From Moniliella sp. 'wahieum' (lineage: Eukaryota): a stretch of 55,630 nt of DNA. Within the stretch, counting starts at the first letter, position 1, and the number at the start of each line of letters is the position of its first letter. Shown here one piece after another: positions 12,354-25,911 of the stretch. The stretch is from the NCBI GenBank assembly GCA_003971905.1, contig RSEE01000123.1, positions 124,001 to 179,630 of the forward strand, given 5' to 3'. The notes under the pieces were generated by a model, which worked only from the letters and a program-made list of their open reading frames with translations, was not told where the DNA came from and did not search any database. A program made the position numbers and the translations under genes.

Positions 12354-13985
12354 TCACGGCAGCGGTTCGGTCGAGGAGGAGAGAGACGGTTGAGGGAGAG
12401 GTAGACGTCAGTGCCATAGCCCTCCATCGAGATCAACTTCAAGTCGCCACCAAAGTAGCGGGCATAGAGGCGTGCGAGCGGGGGCCGTACCCAACCCAGC
12501 CATGGGCGCTTGAAAGTCACTTTGGTCAAACTCTGGGTCCAAATCGTCGGATTGGGCCGTAGTGTAAGTATACGTCCATACCAACGGCACTTCACTCCGA
12601 GGAATCCCCCGGCCTCATCACTGATCTTGATCGTCAAATCTTCCCGCCCTTCCACCACGATCACCTTGATCGGTGGGAAATGGTCCTCGTTCTCCACCCC
12701 GTACCGCTCCACCACCGCGCGCAACGAGTTCTTGAGCAATTCAAATAAAATGTGCTATTATGCGCCGAGGGGTTAGGGGAGGGAGGGGTCAGCTTCCATA
12801 TCGTACCGCATTTCCCTTGCCTTGGTCGGTCTTACCCAGCAAAGCGCAAGGAAAGAAGAAAGGAAGAAAGGAAGGAAGGAAGGAAGGAAGGAAGGAAGGA
12901 AACGACGTACGTTCAAATGGGAAGGGATGTACACTAAACGTCAAGTCTTTGGGGCAGATGAGCTGGACCGGGGGGCCTTTGAACAAGCCAAAGTGCTCTT
13001 CACATACAAACCGTGCATTCTCAATCGCCTCATGTGCCATCGCACCGACATGGTGTTGGTACAGATGACGCCGACGTAATTTTCGCGGTACTTATCCTGT
13101 TCCGTCTCGCTGACCGCCGAGGCGGGCGCGTTACGGCCCAACAATGACCGGTTCCCCGCCGTGATCGAGTCGTGCAAGCTCTCACTGCTGCGAGCCAGCG
13201 CAATATGCTGGCCAATCAAGATCCGAATGCCAATACGAGAGAGGTAGAAGCGGTCAAGGAACCGTTGCATGTCCGCCTGTAACGCCGTGTACCGATTGGC
13301 GCGCTTGTACTCCAGCACGCCCTGTGCGACCGTCGTGACACCGCATCGTGGCGTCGCTTGATAGCTTCGAGGCAGCGCGTAAAACGCTCATTGTAGTCGT
13401 ACACCTCTGGCGGCCACGTGACCTTGCTCATATCGGGCACTTCCTGGGCACCTGTGCTTGGGGCGCGCACCGCGGGGCGGACCGAAGGATCGTCGTCGGG
13501 GTAGGCGCCGACGAGGTGCTCGGCGCCATCGCCATACAGGACAGAAGGGTTGGGCTTGGCTGCCGCCGCGAGCGCGCTGCGGCGGACAAGGCCGTGTTGG
13601 CGGCCAAGATGGCCTGCAGCTCGTCCGACAGCTTGGGCGGTTTGGGGAACTGGACCAGCTCCTCAAACGACTGGGCGTACCAGTTCTTGACGCGGATGAT
13701 GGAGGGCATCTCGCTGGCGCTGCGGGCAGGTTGTCCAGTTCGGAGACACGGTGGGCCAGACGGACAGGGAGCTCGCTGCGCAGAAAGTTGCCGCCCTGGA
13801 GGAGGGAGCCGGGGTTGATGTTCTGGCCGAAACGGACCATGTAGCGAGGAGAGAGATGCCGGTCTGGCGGAAGGAGGCATAGTGGTTGATCTGCTTCCAG
13901 AGCTGGGGGGTGATGGTGTATCTGGGGGAGGGGGGGGGTCAGCAGGGCGGGCGGGGCGGGAGACGGGAGGGACGTACGCAGACAT
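12354..13985 (-). CDS. PKP1: Mitochondrial pyruvate dehydrogenase kinase (PDK/BCKDK family); introns 13922-13977 and 12755-12910
   Basis: [63 protein letters not shown] and [24 protein letters not shown] (GHKL ATPase fold). Confidence 0.9.
12849..12901. repeat. (GGAA)n microsatellite in PDK intron 2
   Basis: Direct reading. Confidence 0.9.
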
Positions 13986-14406
13986 GGCGAGGGGGCGCTG
14001 CGGCCACGTGGGCTGGCAGGGGAAGAGGCAGAGGCAGCGGCAGCAGCGACGGATGGGGTGGTGGCGGCGGGGCGGCGGGTGGCGGCGGGGGACGGGGGGA
14101 CGGGCGGCGGGCTGGCTTCCCCGCACGGCCAGCGGAGCGAGCCGGAGGCGTCGGCCGCCAGCCGCCATTCCGCCCCGGCCGAGCCAGCCGCGGGGAGCCG
14201 CCTGGTCACGTGGGATGGCTAGGGTTGCGGCTGCGATGTCCGCCGGCTTGCTATCGATTATCGAACTGTTATCCCCGGTGCGGCCGACGCCGCCTGCGCG
14301 CTAGGGTTGGTCGATTGGGTTGAAGCATAGCACATCTATATTCTCTCTGCGCATATCCTATCCACACTGGATTGATTGATTGCCGCCGGCCGCCCCTCCT
14401 CCGGCC

Positions 14407-16694
14407 TCACCGCCCCAGCGGGTTGAGCCGCGCACGCACCTCGCGGCCCAGCAGCATGCGCTCCTCCACCGCTGCGGGCGGCCGCCCCCCCACGGCCGTC
14501 TGGAGGACAGACTTGTTCTCGATCGCCCGGCGCACGAGGTAGGGCATGACGAGCGCCAGCGGTCCATACGGCACGTACTTGAGCACCATGTGCGGCCCCT
14601 CGCCCCGCTGGCCGGATCAAACGCCGCAGTCATGCGCTGCGTCAGCACGTCGCTCATCCCATACAGCTGGCCAAACATCGCCCGCCCACGCACGCCCGGC
14701 GCCACCTCCAGTCCGACCAGGTCGCGCTCCGCCTCGTCCGTGTCGCCTGTCGTGGGGTGCTGCGCGCCCGGCACGAGCAGCCCGCGCTGCACCATCCGAC
14801 GAAGCACTTTCATGTCTGTCTGCCAATTGTGCGAGGCAAATATGACGCTGAGGTGGGGCCAGGAGGTGGCTACGTCGCCCGACGAAGAGGCGGCCATGTC
14901 CTGCGCCAGCAGATCCACCAGCGCCAATGCGCATCCGTCGTACGACCGATCCGTCAGCCGCTTTGTCGGCCAAATTGGCGATGCCCACCCGTCCGACTCG
15001 ACCGCCGGATCGGGCGGCGGCAACAACCTCCGTCCCAACGCGCGATGCACAGCGAGCAGTTGAGCATGGTACGTTTCACTGTCCAAGCCCATTGCCGGAC
15101 AGCCGGCTTTGATGTTTTCCTGATCGTAGTATGCGCCGCGGACCAACTTGACCCCCAACGCGTACCCGTTCGCACGCGCGCTCCAACGAGGCGGCCAAGT
15201 ACATGGGGTACGCCGGAGGTAAGCTTGGAACGTGTTGAACACCAAAGGCCCACGGACCAACTGTCCTCCGGCCGCCGCCACCCGCGCCTCCGCTTCGGCA
15301 GACGTGGGGATACGATTGAATTCGCGCTGCAAGCCTTCGCAGATGGCATCCAGCGCCGGCTGCATGGCCGTGTACTCGGCATCAATATCAGCCGCACCGT
15401 CGGTCCGGCGCTGGGAATGCGCACACAGCCCGCCGTGCACCTTCCCACAGCTGCGCCATCGCTCGGCATCTTGTTCCGACAACTGGTCAACGGCAAGGGC
15501 AACCCGGCGCCCTTGCCGCCCGATCCGGGAGGCGCATTGATCGCAAACGAAGGCAAGACCAGACCTTGCTTGGAGGTGAACTGGTCGGGCGCAACGAGCG
15601 TTTGCGACGCACGGACCAACACGGATGGGTCGCGCAAAATGCCCGACAACTTGATTGCCACCAATGCGCTCCCGTACCGTGCCGGGCGCGCTTGGAGCAA
15701 CGCCCGCTTCTCTGGATCCGACATGGACCGCCAATCGTCCTGCTTGGCAATCTGTGCTCTCCTACCGTCCACTGTCCGCAAGCTCTTGGAGCACGTTGGT
15801 GTAGATGTGTTTGCTCGGCTGGGCAGGCGGACTCTGGCCTTTGGCCTGCGCAATCTGGTCCAAATCGGCTACGGTGCCATCCAAGTTACTGATCGCCGAC
15901 GCTCAGTGCAAACAGGGTAGCTTGCTCTTCTTGCGACAGCTTGAGGATCAGCGGAATGCACTCGTCCGACGATTCGTCGCCGACAAACTGGTTTGTGGAG
16001 GGCAGGAGGAGGAGGAGGAAGAAGAAGAAGAAGGGGGTTAGCACACTGCTCTGTTTTTACTGTTCTTTCTTTGGTCTCACTTCTGGATGGGAGGGGAGGA
16101 CACACCTGCTTGAAAAACGTCTTGCGCACCACCCACTCGGCCACCGGCTTGATCAGCGGCACCGAGGACGAAAACGCCCAATCGAGCAGTCCGGGCGCGG
16201 CATCGATCAAGGACGGGAAGGAGCACACGCTAAACACCACGTACCTCCCCAGTAAGTCTGACCAGGACAGGAGCGGTACGGCCGCCCCTCGAGATCCAGT
16301 AGGTCCGGCACCTTTTCTTCGTACTGCGGCATGAGGTGCGCTTGGGCCAACGTGCTAATGTCTGCTTTGCTTCGGCGCGCGAGCGGCAGAGGCGCACGCT
16401 GCGCATAGGGCACGTAGCCGTCCTCAACGTCCGTGTCGGTTGTGGTCTTGGTCTTGGTCTTGGTTGTGCTCGTGCTCTCCGTCTCGGTGCGCAGCGGCGG
16501 GAGAGAGGTAGGTGACGCCCAGGACGAGCGGGAGGAAGAAGAGGGTGCGGCCGAGGTAGAGACGGGTGTGGGAGGGGGCGTGGGAGGTGCAGTGTGCACG
16601 GCGCGACGGGCAGAGGGCGGGCGAGAGGGCGGGCGAGAGAGAGGGAAGGGTGGGGACGGATGCGGGTCCGGGTGAGGGCGGCAGAGAGGAGCAT
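14407..16694 (-). CDS. PUT1: Mitochondrial proline dehydrogenase; intron 15988-16105
   Basis: Arg-rich presequence, VRKTFFKQF, VAIKLSG, IDAEYT, FNTFQAYLRR, LGVKLVRGAY, IFASHN, FGQLYGMSD, KYVPYG and PYLVRRAIEN. Confidence 0.92.
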
Positions 16695-17638
16695 GGCGTG
16701 TGCGGACACTATGCGAATGCGAATGGGCACACGCGAGGCACAGGAGATGGGAGGAGGACAGGTGGATCGGTGCACTTAAATCGCAATCGAGCGGGTGGCG
16801 TGCAACAATAACCGTCGGTAACCAGGCAAGCACGGCCCCCGGGCCGACTGGGTACTGGGTCTACCCATCTCGATCAGGCTGATCTCTCAGGCTGATCGTT
16901 CAGGCCGGCCGATCTCAGGTGAGCCTCAGCCCTCAGCCTCAGGCACATACCCCTCGGCAGGGAACGGGGGATGGGCATGCGAGATGAAGATCCGTGGGAA
17001 CTAGTAATAGTAACTGCCAGAGATTGCTAGCGCGCAGCGATCGTTTATCCGGCCCCGACCAGCCTCAGTAGGCCTCATCGTCCACGTGCGCCACGGAAGC
17101 GGGTGAGCTATACTATGACAGCGGTATTGGCTACGGACTGTGGGACGCGAGCCACGGCAGAGCACTGCGCGCTGAGAGGGGGCGATGGATTGGGATGGCG
17201 GCGGGGGCGGCGAGGATGGGCATGGCGGCGAGCGAGTGGCCGAGCGGGAGGCGCCGAGAGATGACGATGAGATCTGAGAGACGATGCCAAGATAGATAGG
17301 CTGCGGCGGCAAATTTGGCGGACCAGGGCGCGCGTATCAGCTGGACCAGATCAATCAATCATTAATCAGTGCTGTCGTATCGGGGGGATGCGGTGCAGGT
17401 TACATGGCCCCCGCACGCCAACACGCCACTGATACTTTCAGCCGGGCTATTTAATCTTTATCTCAACGGGCGGTCCGTGCGCAGCCGCGTGCCGCGTCCC
17501 TCGTCCAGCCCGATTGGGCAGTCTCGCGTGTTCATGCGACGGTTGTTCGTGGGAAAGGAGGGGACAGGGGGGAATAGGGGACAGAGGGGAATAGGGACAA
17601 GGCGAAACGGCAAATAGGGAAATGCGGGTGGGGCTGGG

Positions 17639-20600
17639 CTACTCGACTGGATCCTCCTCGCCCAGCACAAAGCTCGCTCGGCTCGAGCCACGCGCAGGGA
17701 GGGGATAACTCTCCTGCTCTTCGTCTTCGTCTTGCGGTGCCGCCGCCTCAAACACCACCTCCTCTGGCGCCGCCTGCGCATACCCGCCATACCCGCCGCC
17801 GCGACGGCCACGCAGACGCCCGCCATACCATGCGTGCGCGCGCTCGAGCCAGCGCCGCCCGGCGTGCAGCGCTTCAGTCACCACGCCCTCCCACTCTGCC
17901 TGCCCTTCCTCCCCCTCTGTCCGGCGGCGGTGCACGGCCGAGAACTTGAGCAGGTCCTTGATGGTCACCAGCCCTTGCAGCTGGCCCTTGTCGACCACGA
18001 GGATGACCCGCGGACCCAGCTTGGTAAACAGGTCCCGTACCACCGCCAACGGCATCGCACGCGGGACTACCAACCGTGCAATGTCCACCCACGCGCCCAG
18101 GTCCACCCGCCGCGCCACCAACACCTCTTCTTGCCCGGCCATCAGACCCTCCTGCTCCTCATCTTCCGCCTGCACCGGAGCCTCCACCTGCACCTGGGTC
18201 AAGGAAGGGGAGTGCGGTGGGCGCTGGGGAGCGCTGGCCGAAGCGTGCGCGCCGGACGGCACACGTTCCTCGTCCTCGGCTAACGCGGGCTGCGTACCGG
18301 GCGTCAAGTCGACCTGGGCATCGGGGGCAATGATGCGGTCGCGTTGGGCCTTGGCCAGTGCGTAGCGCAACTCGGTTCGGCCTAGGTAGCCGACCAAGGT
18401 CGAGTCTGCTCGCTTGCGATGACGGGGAACCCTTTAAACTCGCCCTGGCCAATTTGCGTTCCAGCGAACCAACCGTCTCGCCCACGGCTGTCAGGCAGAT
18501 CGGGTGCGCCGTCATGGCATCTTGTACCGTCGTGTCCCCGACTTCGTGGCTGTCTTCTAGGTACGGGTAACCGTTCAGCCGAATCGTTGGTCCGACACGC
18601 CCCCCGGCTGGATCCATCTGCCACCCCTTGGTCACCATCACGACGATCATGGTGGGCAGGATGTAGGTGAGCGCGCCAGTCAGCTCAAACATGATCACCA
18701 CCACGGCGACTGTGATGCGTGTGACGCCGGCCAAGGCGGCCGCCGCACCGAGAAAGGCGTACGTGCCCGGGGTGATGCAGGGCACGTCCGGGTGGCACAC
18801 GGAGAAAAAGGGGGCGCTAGGCCAGGCCGATTGCAATGCCTTGACAGGATGCCTACCATCCGACCAAACGTAGCGCCAATCGCCATGGACGGAATGAAAA
18901 TCCAGGCACCTTGGCGCCGTAGGAGAGCACGACCAACACGAACCGAACGATCGTCGCGAGCAGTAGCGAGTTGACCATCCACCACTGTTCCGACGTTTGG
19001 CACAGCCCCGCATAGTCCCCGCCCCCCTCGCATTCCCGAAACAGATTTCCAGTGACTCGCTCATATCGATCCGGAGGAACTTGTTAAAGTAGGCCACGGT
19101 GGCCGTTAAGCCCGCCAAGAGCGCCGCCTCGGCCACACCGTGCTGGGCGAGATGCTGGCGTCGAAGGCTTGTACTTGCATGTTGTATTTGATCACATAGG
19201 CCCCATACAAGCCACCAACACGCCAATCAGCAGGTAAAACACCACCTCAAAGTAGTGCCAGTCCCGGTCGTACGACACTTGGAACAAAACCAGCTTGCCT
19301 GTCCGGAAGGGGTTCATGAACGAAAGTGTCACGGTCGAAGCCAGGGCACAAATGAAGCTACGCCACATGGTGGTGGCAGGGAACACGGCCGTCATTTCCT
19401 ATATGTCAAGTCAGTTGGGCCCGCACGACAAACACAACCAACAACAACAACACAACACAACAACAGCAACAGCAGCACCAAGCGGGTGGGAGGAGAAGGG
19501 TCAGGGTTTCCAGCAACCACAACAACGTACCTCCAAAGCAAACAATACCCCGCCAATGGGCGAGCCAAAAGCGACAGCGACACCGGCAGCGCTACTTGCG
19601 CTGAGGATATCGCGGACCTTGGTTTGGGAGCTGCGAACGCGCTGGAACAAGTTGGACACAATGTTGCCCACACAACAAGCCACGTGAACCGCCGGACCTT
19701 CCTTGCCCACGCTCAATCCCGAAGCAATGGTCAGCGGCAAGGTCAGACTCTTGATCACAAAGGTTGATACACCCAAAAAGCCATTAATGATAAAGCCGAC
19801 AATCATGCACTTGATTTCACTGATCCCACTGCCCGCGGCGTAGGGGGCAAAAGTACGAACCAACGAGGCGGCAAGCCAAGCCATCGCCGTCGCCGTACCA
19901 ATGTACATGATCCAAGCTGGGAGCGACCAACTGGACCAGGGGACCCAGTAGGGACACGCCTCGGCCATCTCGTCCTTGGTCGCCTGGGCAAGAGGGACGC
20001 GTACAAGGTAGCTGCGTGCGAGGCATGGCGCACCGCACGGGCAGCGGTAGCAGTGAGCGTGTCAGAGGCGGCTGAGGCGGTCGCCGACGCGGTCGCCGAC
20101 GCAGACGCCGTCGCATTGAGAAGCGGAGCAATGGAGATGACTTGAGGGAGGGGGCGGAGCACATGCTGTGCCCCACCATCGTCGTGCATCTCCCAACAAC
20201 AGAATTTACGATTGAGCCACCAACCTTGCGTACACCGTCCTTGCTTCAGATCGACAACCACTCGGAGATGATACTGATCACAGCCATGTTCAGTCCGACC
20301 ACCGCGCCCACCAGGATCACCACCCCATTGTCCATCATGGCCAGTAGCGAGCCCAGGTAGACGCCAGCCGGCCCACACGCGACGCGCACCAAGTAGGTGG
20401 GTAGGCCACCAGCGCGGAGGCCGTTCCCGCGGCGCAAGACTCGGCCCCACACCGAGCTGTTCAGGTGCGCCCGGTCGCGAGCCAGACGAGCACGTTCTCG
20501 CGCGCCATCCACCAGCCAGTCGACGGGGAGAACTGCCCGAGGCGGGTTAGCGTTTAGCCGTTCGTCACACAACGTGCCTACCATCCCCCCCCAACCGCCG

Positions 20601-20847
20601 GACCACAGCAGACAGTTGCATACGTCACTCTCGTACCGCTTCAGCTCATCCAGCGCAGCCTCGTCGGCGTCGGCCACGTGCAGCGCCGCGGTCGCAGCGG
20701 ACGACGAGGCGGTTGAGACCACACGGCTGCCGCTCCGCCCCCGCCCGCACGGCCATCGCCACGGCCACCTCCATCGCCTTCGCCATCGCCACCACCACCA
20801 ACGCCCACACCAATGCCAGCAGCAGCCGGGGCGGGTCGGTCGAGCAT
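17639..20847 (-). CDS. GEF1: CLC chloride channel/antiporter with CBS domains; introns 20533-20623 and 19399-19530; start approximate
   Basis: AAGSGISEIK, SVGKEGPAVH, AFGSPIGGVLF, IFIPSM, VIMFELTGAL, and C-terminal CBS (GLVTIKDLLK). Confidence 0.9.
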
Positions 20848-21101
20848 CGGTAGGCACCGAGCAAGTCCGCATCAGCGTCGGCCGGCCGGCTTGGGTTGTT
20901 TGCCCAGCCAGCGTCCCAAGTGGCGCCGGAACCAACACAGCGGAATTGAGCAATTCCCACTCGGGCCTTTTCCCCCATTAAAAAATGCCCCCAGCCCGCT
21001 CCTCTTCTCGCTTGGTTGCGGGACCAATCAGTCACAGCCCTCCCACGACCACCTCCACCTCCACCTCCGCACCCATCCCACCCTCTGCGTCGGCCACAAC
21101 C

Positions 21102-22573
21102 ATGTTCCCCGCTCTGCGCTCTCTCTCGCGCTCCCCCCTGCGCCCTGTGCTCCCGCGCGCGCCCCGTCTCGTCCCTGCTCGCGCCCACGCTCCCGCTCCC
21201 AGTTGCGCTCCCGCGCCACGCACATTCTCCACGCCGTCGGCGGGGGTACGTGCGCCCGAGCGCACGGGCGTCTCGGACCGCACGCGGCGCAAGCTGCCTG
21301 TAGCCAAAGCCAAAGCCAAAGCGCAGGCCACGCGTGCTCTGCTCGCCTCCCTCGGTACGGGCGGCACGACAACCAAGTTTCCAGCTCGAGCACGTTGCGT
21401 GAAGCTCGCCTGGGCCACTGCCGACTCGTACGACTTGGCCGCCTTGGCGGCCTCAGGACACTTGCCTCCCGGTGGCAGATGCTCGAAGAGAACGATGCGA
21501 TTTACGTCCCGTGCTGGCCTGCTGTCAACGCTGCTGACGCAGATGCGGATGCTGCGTCGGCCGCGTCGTCGGGACAGGCAGCGGCGAGCGGGAGCGGCGA
21601 GGTGTTCGTGTTTGCTTCAGGCACGTATGTTACGTGGGGGCTGGAGGAAGAGGCGTCACGTGCGTTTCTGGACAGGGTGTTGCGTCCGGTAGGAGGGGTG
21701 GAGCAGCGTCGGTACACGCGCCTAGGTGACGAGGCACTGGAGTACGTGTGGCACGAAGAGGAGCCGACACGGATTGTAGGGGACGTGATTGTGCTTGGTT
21801 CGGCGCCAACGGCGAGCCAGGAAGGTGGTGGCAAGTGGGAGTCGTGGACACCTTTGCAGGCGCGTTTGGCGTACTCGCAAGGTCTGTCGCGCTCGGCACG
21901 CCTTAGCGCCGAAGAAGAGGTGTTGGATGAATTTTTGGCGTCCTTGGCGACCATCCCGGAACAGCTGGAGCAAGGTGGTAAGGTGCCCCTGCCACGTAAG
22001 GACGTCATTCGTAAACAGGCACCCTCCTCCGGCTGCGCCAACGCACCAATCTCGCCAAAGATAATTTCTTTGACTCGCCCGAAGGACACTGGGATAATGG
22101 ATCGTTGGAACGTACGTTCTTCCCTTTTCTTCCCCCCCTCTTTCCCTTCTTCTTCTCCTTCTTTTTCCCTTTCCCTTTCCTTTCCTCTTGTGCTTTGCTT
22201 TCGTCCTCAGGCTGACACACCCCTTTGCTTTGTTTGGCTTTGCTTTACTTTGCTTTGCTTTGCTTCTCTGCCACCCAGACCACTTTGACGAAGTGTCGCG
22301 CTCGATGGACATTGAATCGCGCTTCCGCGTGGTGAACCAAAAGCTCAACATGAGTGAGAACCTACTGGGCGTGCTGCGTGCGCTGCTGACCGAGCAGAGC
22401 GGCCACAACCTCGAGTTGGTCATCATCTACTGATTGCGTTCGAAACGTCCGTGACGATGATGTCGCACGAGTACATCCCCCCCACCCCGGTCCGCCTGTG
22501 GAGGTGGCTGACAGGTTCCTCGCCCACCTTGCTCGGTGGCGAGCCGGCTGCTGCTCCTGCTGCTGCTGCCTAG
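21102..22573 (+). CDS. DUF155 / RMND1 (MRX10-like) mitochondrial protein; intron 22112-22278
   Basis: Presequence MFPALRSLSRSPLR, then ATADSYDL, EVFVFASGTYVTWG, AYSQGLSRSARLS, DIESRFRVVNQKL and HNLELVIIxLIAFE. Confidence 0.8.
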
Positions 22574-23277
22574 CTTCAGCCCCAGTCTCAGTCCCAGTCT
22601 CAGCTTCAGCCTCCTTTCTCAGCCTCAACCCTCAACCCCCTCTCTCAGCCTGCTGCTCTGGAAACGAGATGCTCGAGGCTACATTCATTGCATTGCGACA
22701 CCACTCCGTTTGCCTGGAACGACATAGCTAGCCCACTAAGCGACGCGGCCATCACACTTGCTGTACGACTGCGAAGGGATTACACTACTTCTTCCCATAG
22801 TCGCGGCCAATGTCGCTTCCCCCGCCCGGGGGCAGCCGCTTCGTTGGCGCAGTTGGCTAGCGCGCAGGTCTCATACACATGTTTGTGCGAGTGGGTCCTC
22901 CCACGTCATCCTGAGGTCGCCAGTTCGAGCCTGGCACGAAGCATTCCTTTTGTTCCACCTCGAGAATCTACCGGGTTTCTTGTTTTCGCTGCCTCCCCTC
23001 TTGCTCCATCATGCATCATGGCCAAAGTAGTAGTCATACTACCCCGGGCGATCAATCCTCTCACCGATCCTATCCTACACTATGGGATAGCACACACATC
23101 AGGGACCATGGCCATTTGGGGGAAAAGACAAAGGGCATCTCACCATAGGAGCGCGCTAGAGAGGAAAAAAAGGGATAGCGGGGCGGGGCGGGGGGAATGG
23201 GGCACCTTACACCCACAACACAGCGGCTGCCCTCTACGCCGTGCCCGGTCCACGGACGCGTCAGGTGGAAATCCACC

Positions 23278-24399
23278 TTACACGCCCGATACGACACTCG
23301 AATCGGCGGCGGCGCGGGCGACTGAGCGTTCTGGAGCGCGAGCCGCGCTTCGAGGTGACGCAAGCTCTCCTCCTTGGCCAGCAGCTCTTGGCGTTTTTCC
23401 AGGATTTCGCGCTGCACCTTGAGTTCGATTTCGCGCAGCTTCTCCTCTTCCCTCCGCAGCTGGTCCTCCTTCAAGCGCACGCTCTGGTTCGCCAGTTCGT
23501 CCCGGGCACAGGCTGGTCCGCATACGCCGGGTTGACCGTGCGCGACAACTTTTCCGTACGGTAGTTCTCGTACAAAAAGTCCGACGTGATTTCCTTCAGG
23601 TCGGCAAGGTGGGTGCTGAGCAGCGCCGAGCGCAGCCGCGCAAAGTCGCTGTGCTCGGGATTCTCCACCTCGACCAAGCCCCAGGGGTAGGAACGCGCGC
23701 GCACCGCCTCGCCATTGACGACCACCACTTCCTCCGAACCGACAATCGCAAACGGCATCATCGCCCGCAACTCGGCATTGTCCGCAATCGTCTCGTCGTC
23801 GTCCTCCTCTACGTCGTAGGGGAAGTTGTAGACGGGGATCGAGTAGTACTCAATGTCCTCCACGATGCGCTTCTTGAATGCAGCGCGTTCGGCCGCGGTG
23901 AGCGTGTCGGCCTTGCCAATGACAGGAATCACATTCACCCGCGGACAGGCGGCGCATGACTTCAATGTCATTTCGCGCAGCGCGTGGCCGGTGGGCGTGA
24001 TAAAGTAGAGGAGCGCATGCACGCGGTTGTCGCGGAAGCGGGGGGAACGCTTGATGCGGCTCTCCTCGGCGAGCAGGTCGTCGTACTGGCGCTCGAGGAA
24101 GCCGACAATCTCATCAAACTGCGCGGCATTGTCAATGTTGTCGCCAAAGCCAGGGGGTCGACGATGGTGAGCCCGATGCGCATCCCGTCCTCCTCCAGCT
24201 CGACATTGACCGGCTTGATCTTGATGGGCTCCTCCTGGGCGGCCTGGGCGGGGTCGTCGGCGACCTTGTGGCTGAGGACCTCGCCGCCGCAGAGGGTGTT
24301 GACAAAGGTGGTCTTGCCGGTGCCGCTGGCGCCGACGACCATGAGGCAGAAGGAGACGCCCTTCTTGGTCGCGCGCTTGCGGGAGGCGAAGGTGGACAT
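23278..24399 (-). CDS. CDC11: Septin, Cdc11 group (3' end approximate)
   Basis: KKGVSFCLMVVGASGTGKTTFVNTLC (P-loop), PGFGDNIDN, DNRVHALLYFI, VIPVIGKAD, RSYPWG, LYENYRTEKL and a C-terminal coiled coil. Confidence 0.9.
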
Positions 24400-24682
24400 G
24401 GTGGGGGTGGTGTTGGTGGTGGTGGGGGGGGAGGGGGATCGGCTGGGGGCTTCTGGGCTGCTTCGTGTGTGGCCGCGCGGCACGGCAGCACTGTGCGCGG
24501 GCTGCCGCCTGGTGCCGGCCTGCCGCCCGCGCGCCAGGCGGCAGGCGCAGGGCGGGCACAGCGCCAGTGTGCGTGGCGCGTGGGCGTGGCGCGGGGCGCG
24601 GGGCGCGCCGGTGCGTGCAGGGTTGCAATGTTGCAAGGGGAGCTTGCAATGTTGCAATGGCGGTGCTGAAATGTTGCAGTGC

Positions 24683-24694
24683 TGCCACGTGGCA
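24683..24694. promoter_or_regulatory. UPRE-like palindrome TGCCACGTGGCA upstream of HRD1
   Basis: Perfect 12-bp palindrome containing the CCACGT core used by Hac1/XBP1-type bZIP factors, 65 bp upstream of an ERAD gene. Confidence 0.55.
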
Positions 24695-24758
24695 CCCCCC
24701 CCGCGTCCCCCACTCCCCCCGCTCTCGCTTCAGCCACACCCACCCCCGAACGCCCGCC

Positions 24759-25880
24759 ATGGCCTCCCTGCTGCCCGGCCGGCTCGGCGCGTACGCCGCG
24801 CTGTCCGCCCTCCCGCCGCCGGCGTCGTCCTCCGCGCCCTCAACACCCGCAGCAACTTCTATGCCGCCATGATCGCCCTCGCCCGCAGCCACGGCGCCGT
24901 CGTCGTCCTCGCCAACCTCGCCGTCGTCCACGCCGTCCTCCTCGCCCGCGGGCCAGCGCCTCTTCTTTGGCCCGCTCCGCACCGTCGAGCATACCCGCCT
25001 CGTCGAGGGCCTCTGGTTCACCGTCATGGAGAGCCTTGTGGCCGCCGCCATCTTCCGCAAAGAGTTCGACCTCGTCTTTGCTGCCCTCTTTGGCTCCCTC
25101 CTCTTCCTCAAGACCTTCCACTGGCTCGCCGAGGACCGCATCGAGTACATGGAACAGGTCGATGCGCTTCCGCTTCTCTTCCACCTCCGCATCGTCTCCA
25201 TCCATCTCGTCCTCTTCTTTGCCGACACCGGCCTCCTCGTGCTCCTCACCCTCCCCGTCCGCACCGCCTCCAGCTCCCGCCTCGCCATGCTGGCCATGTA
25301 CGCCTGCGACGTCTCTGTCCTGCTTGCCACGCTTGTCGCCAGCGCAGGCAAGTACGTGCTCAACCTTCTGGAGCGGAGATGGGGGGTGTGGGAGCGCAAG
25401 GGCGCCTGTCTCTTTGTCATCGACCTGCTCTTGGACAGCATCAAAATGGGCGTCTACATCAACTTTCTCACCCTCATCATCCCCGAGTACGGCATTCCTC
25501 TCTACCTCGTCCGCGACATCTACATCACCGCCCGTTCCATCGTGCTCAAGATCCGCGACACGGCCCGCTACCGCGCCGCCACACGCAACATGGACGACCG
25601 CTACCCCACCGCCTCGGCCGAGGAACTGGACAACCTCTCCGACGGCATCTGTATCATTTGCCGCGAAGCGCTTACCCCCGTTGAGCCCGACCAAAGCCCA
25701 ATCGGCCCCGACGGCCTCAACTACGCCCCCAAAAAACTCCCCTGTGGACACATCTTTCATTACCATTGTCTCCGTGCCTGGCTCGAACGCCAACAAAGTT
25801 GTCCCACCTGCCGCCGCACCGTCTTCCAAGACCCGGCCCAGCAAGCAGGCGACAGGGCCCCCACAGCTGCGCCAGCTGGC

Positions 25881-25911
<31 letters not shown>

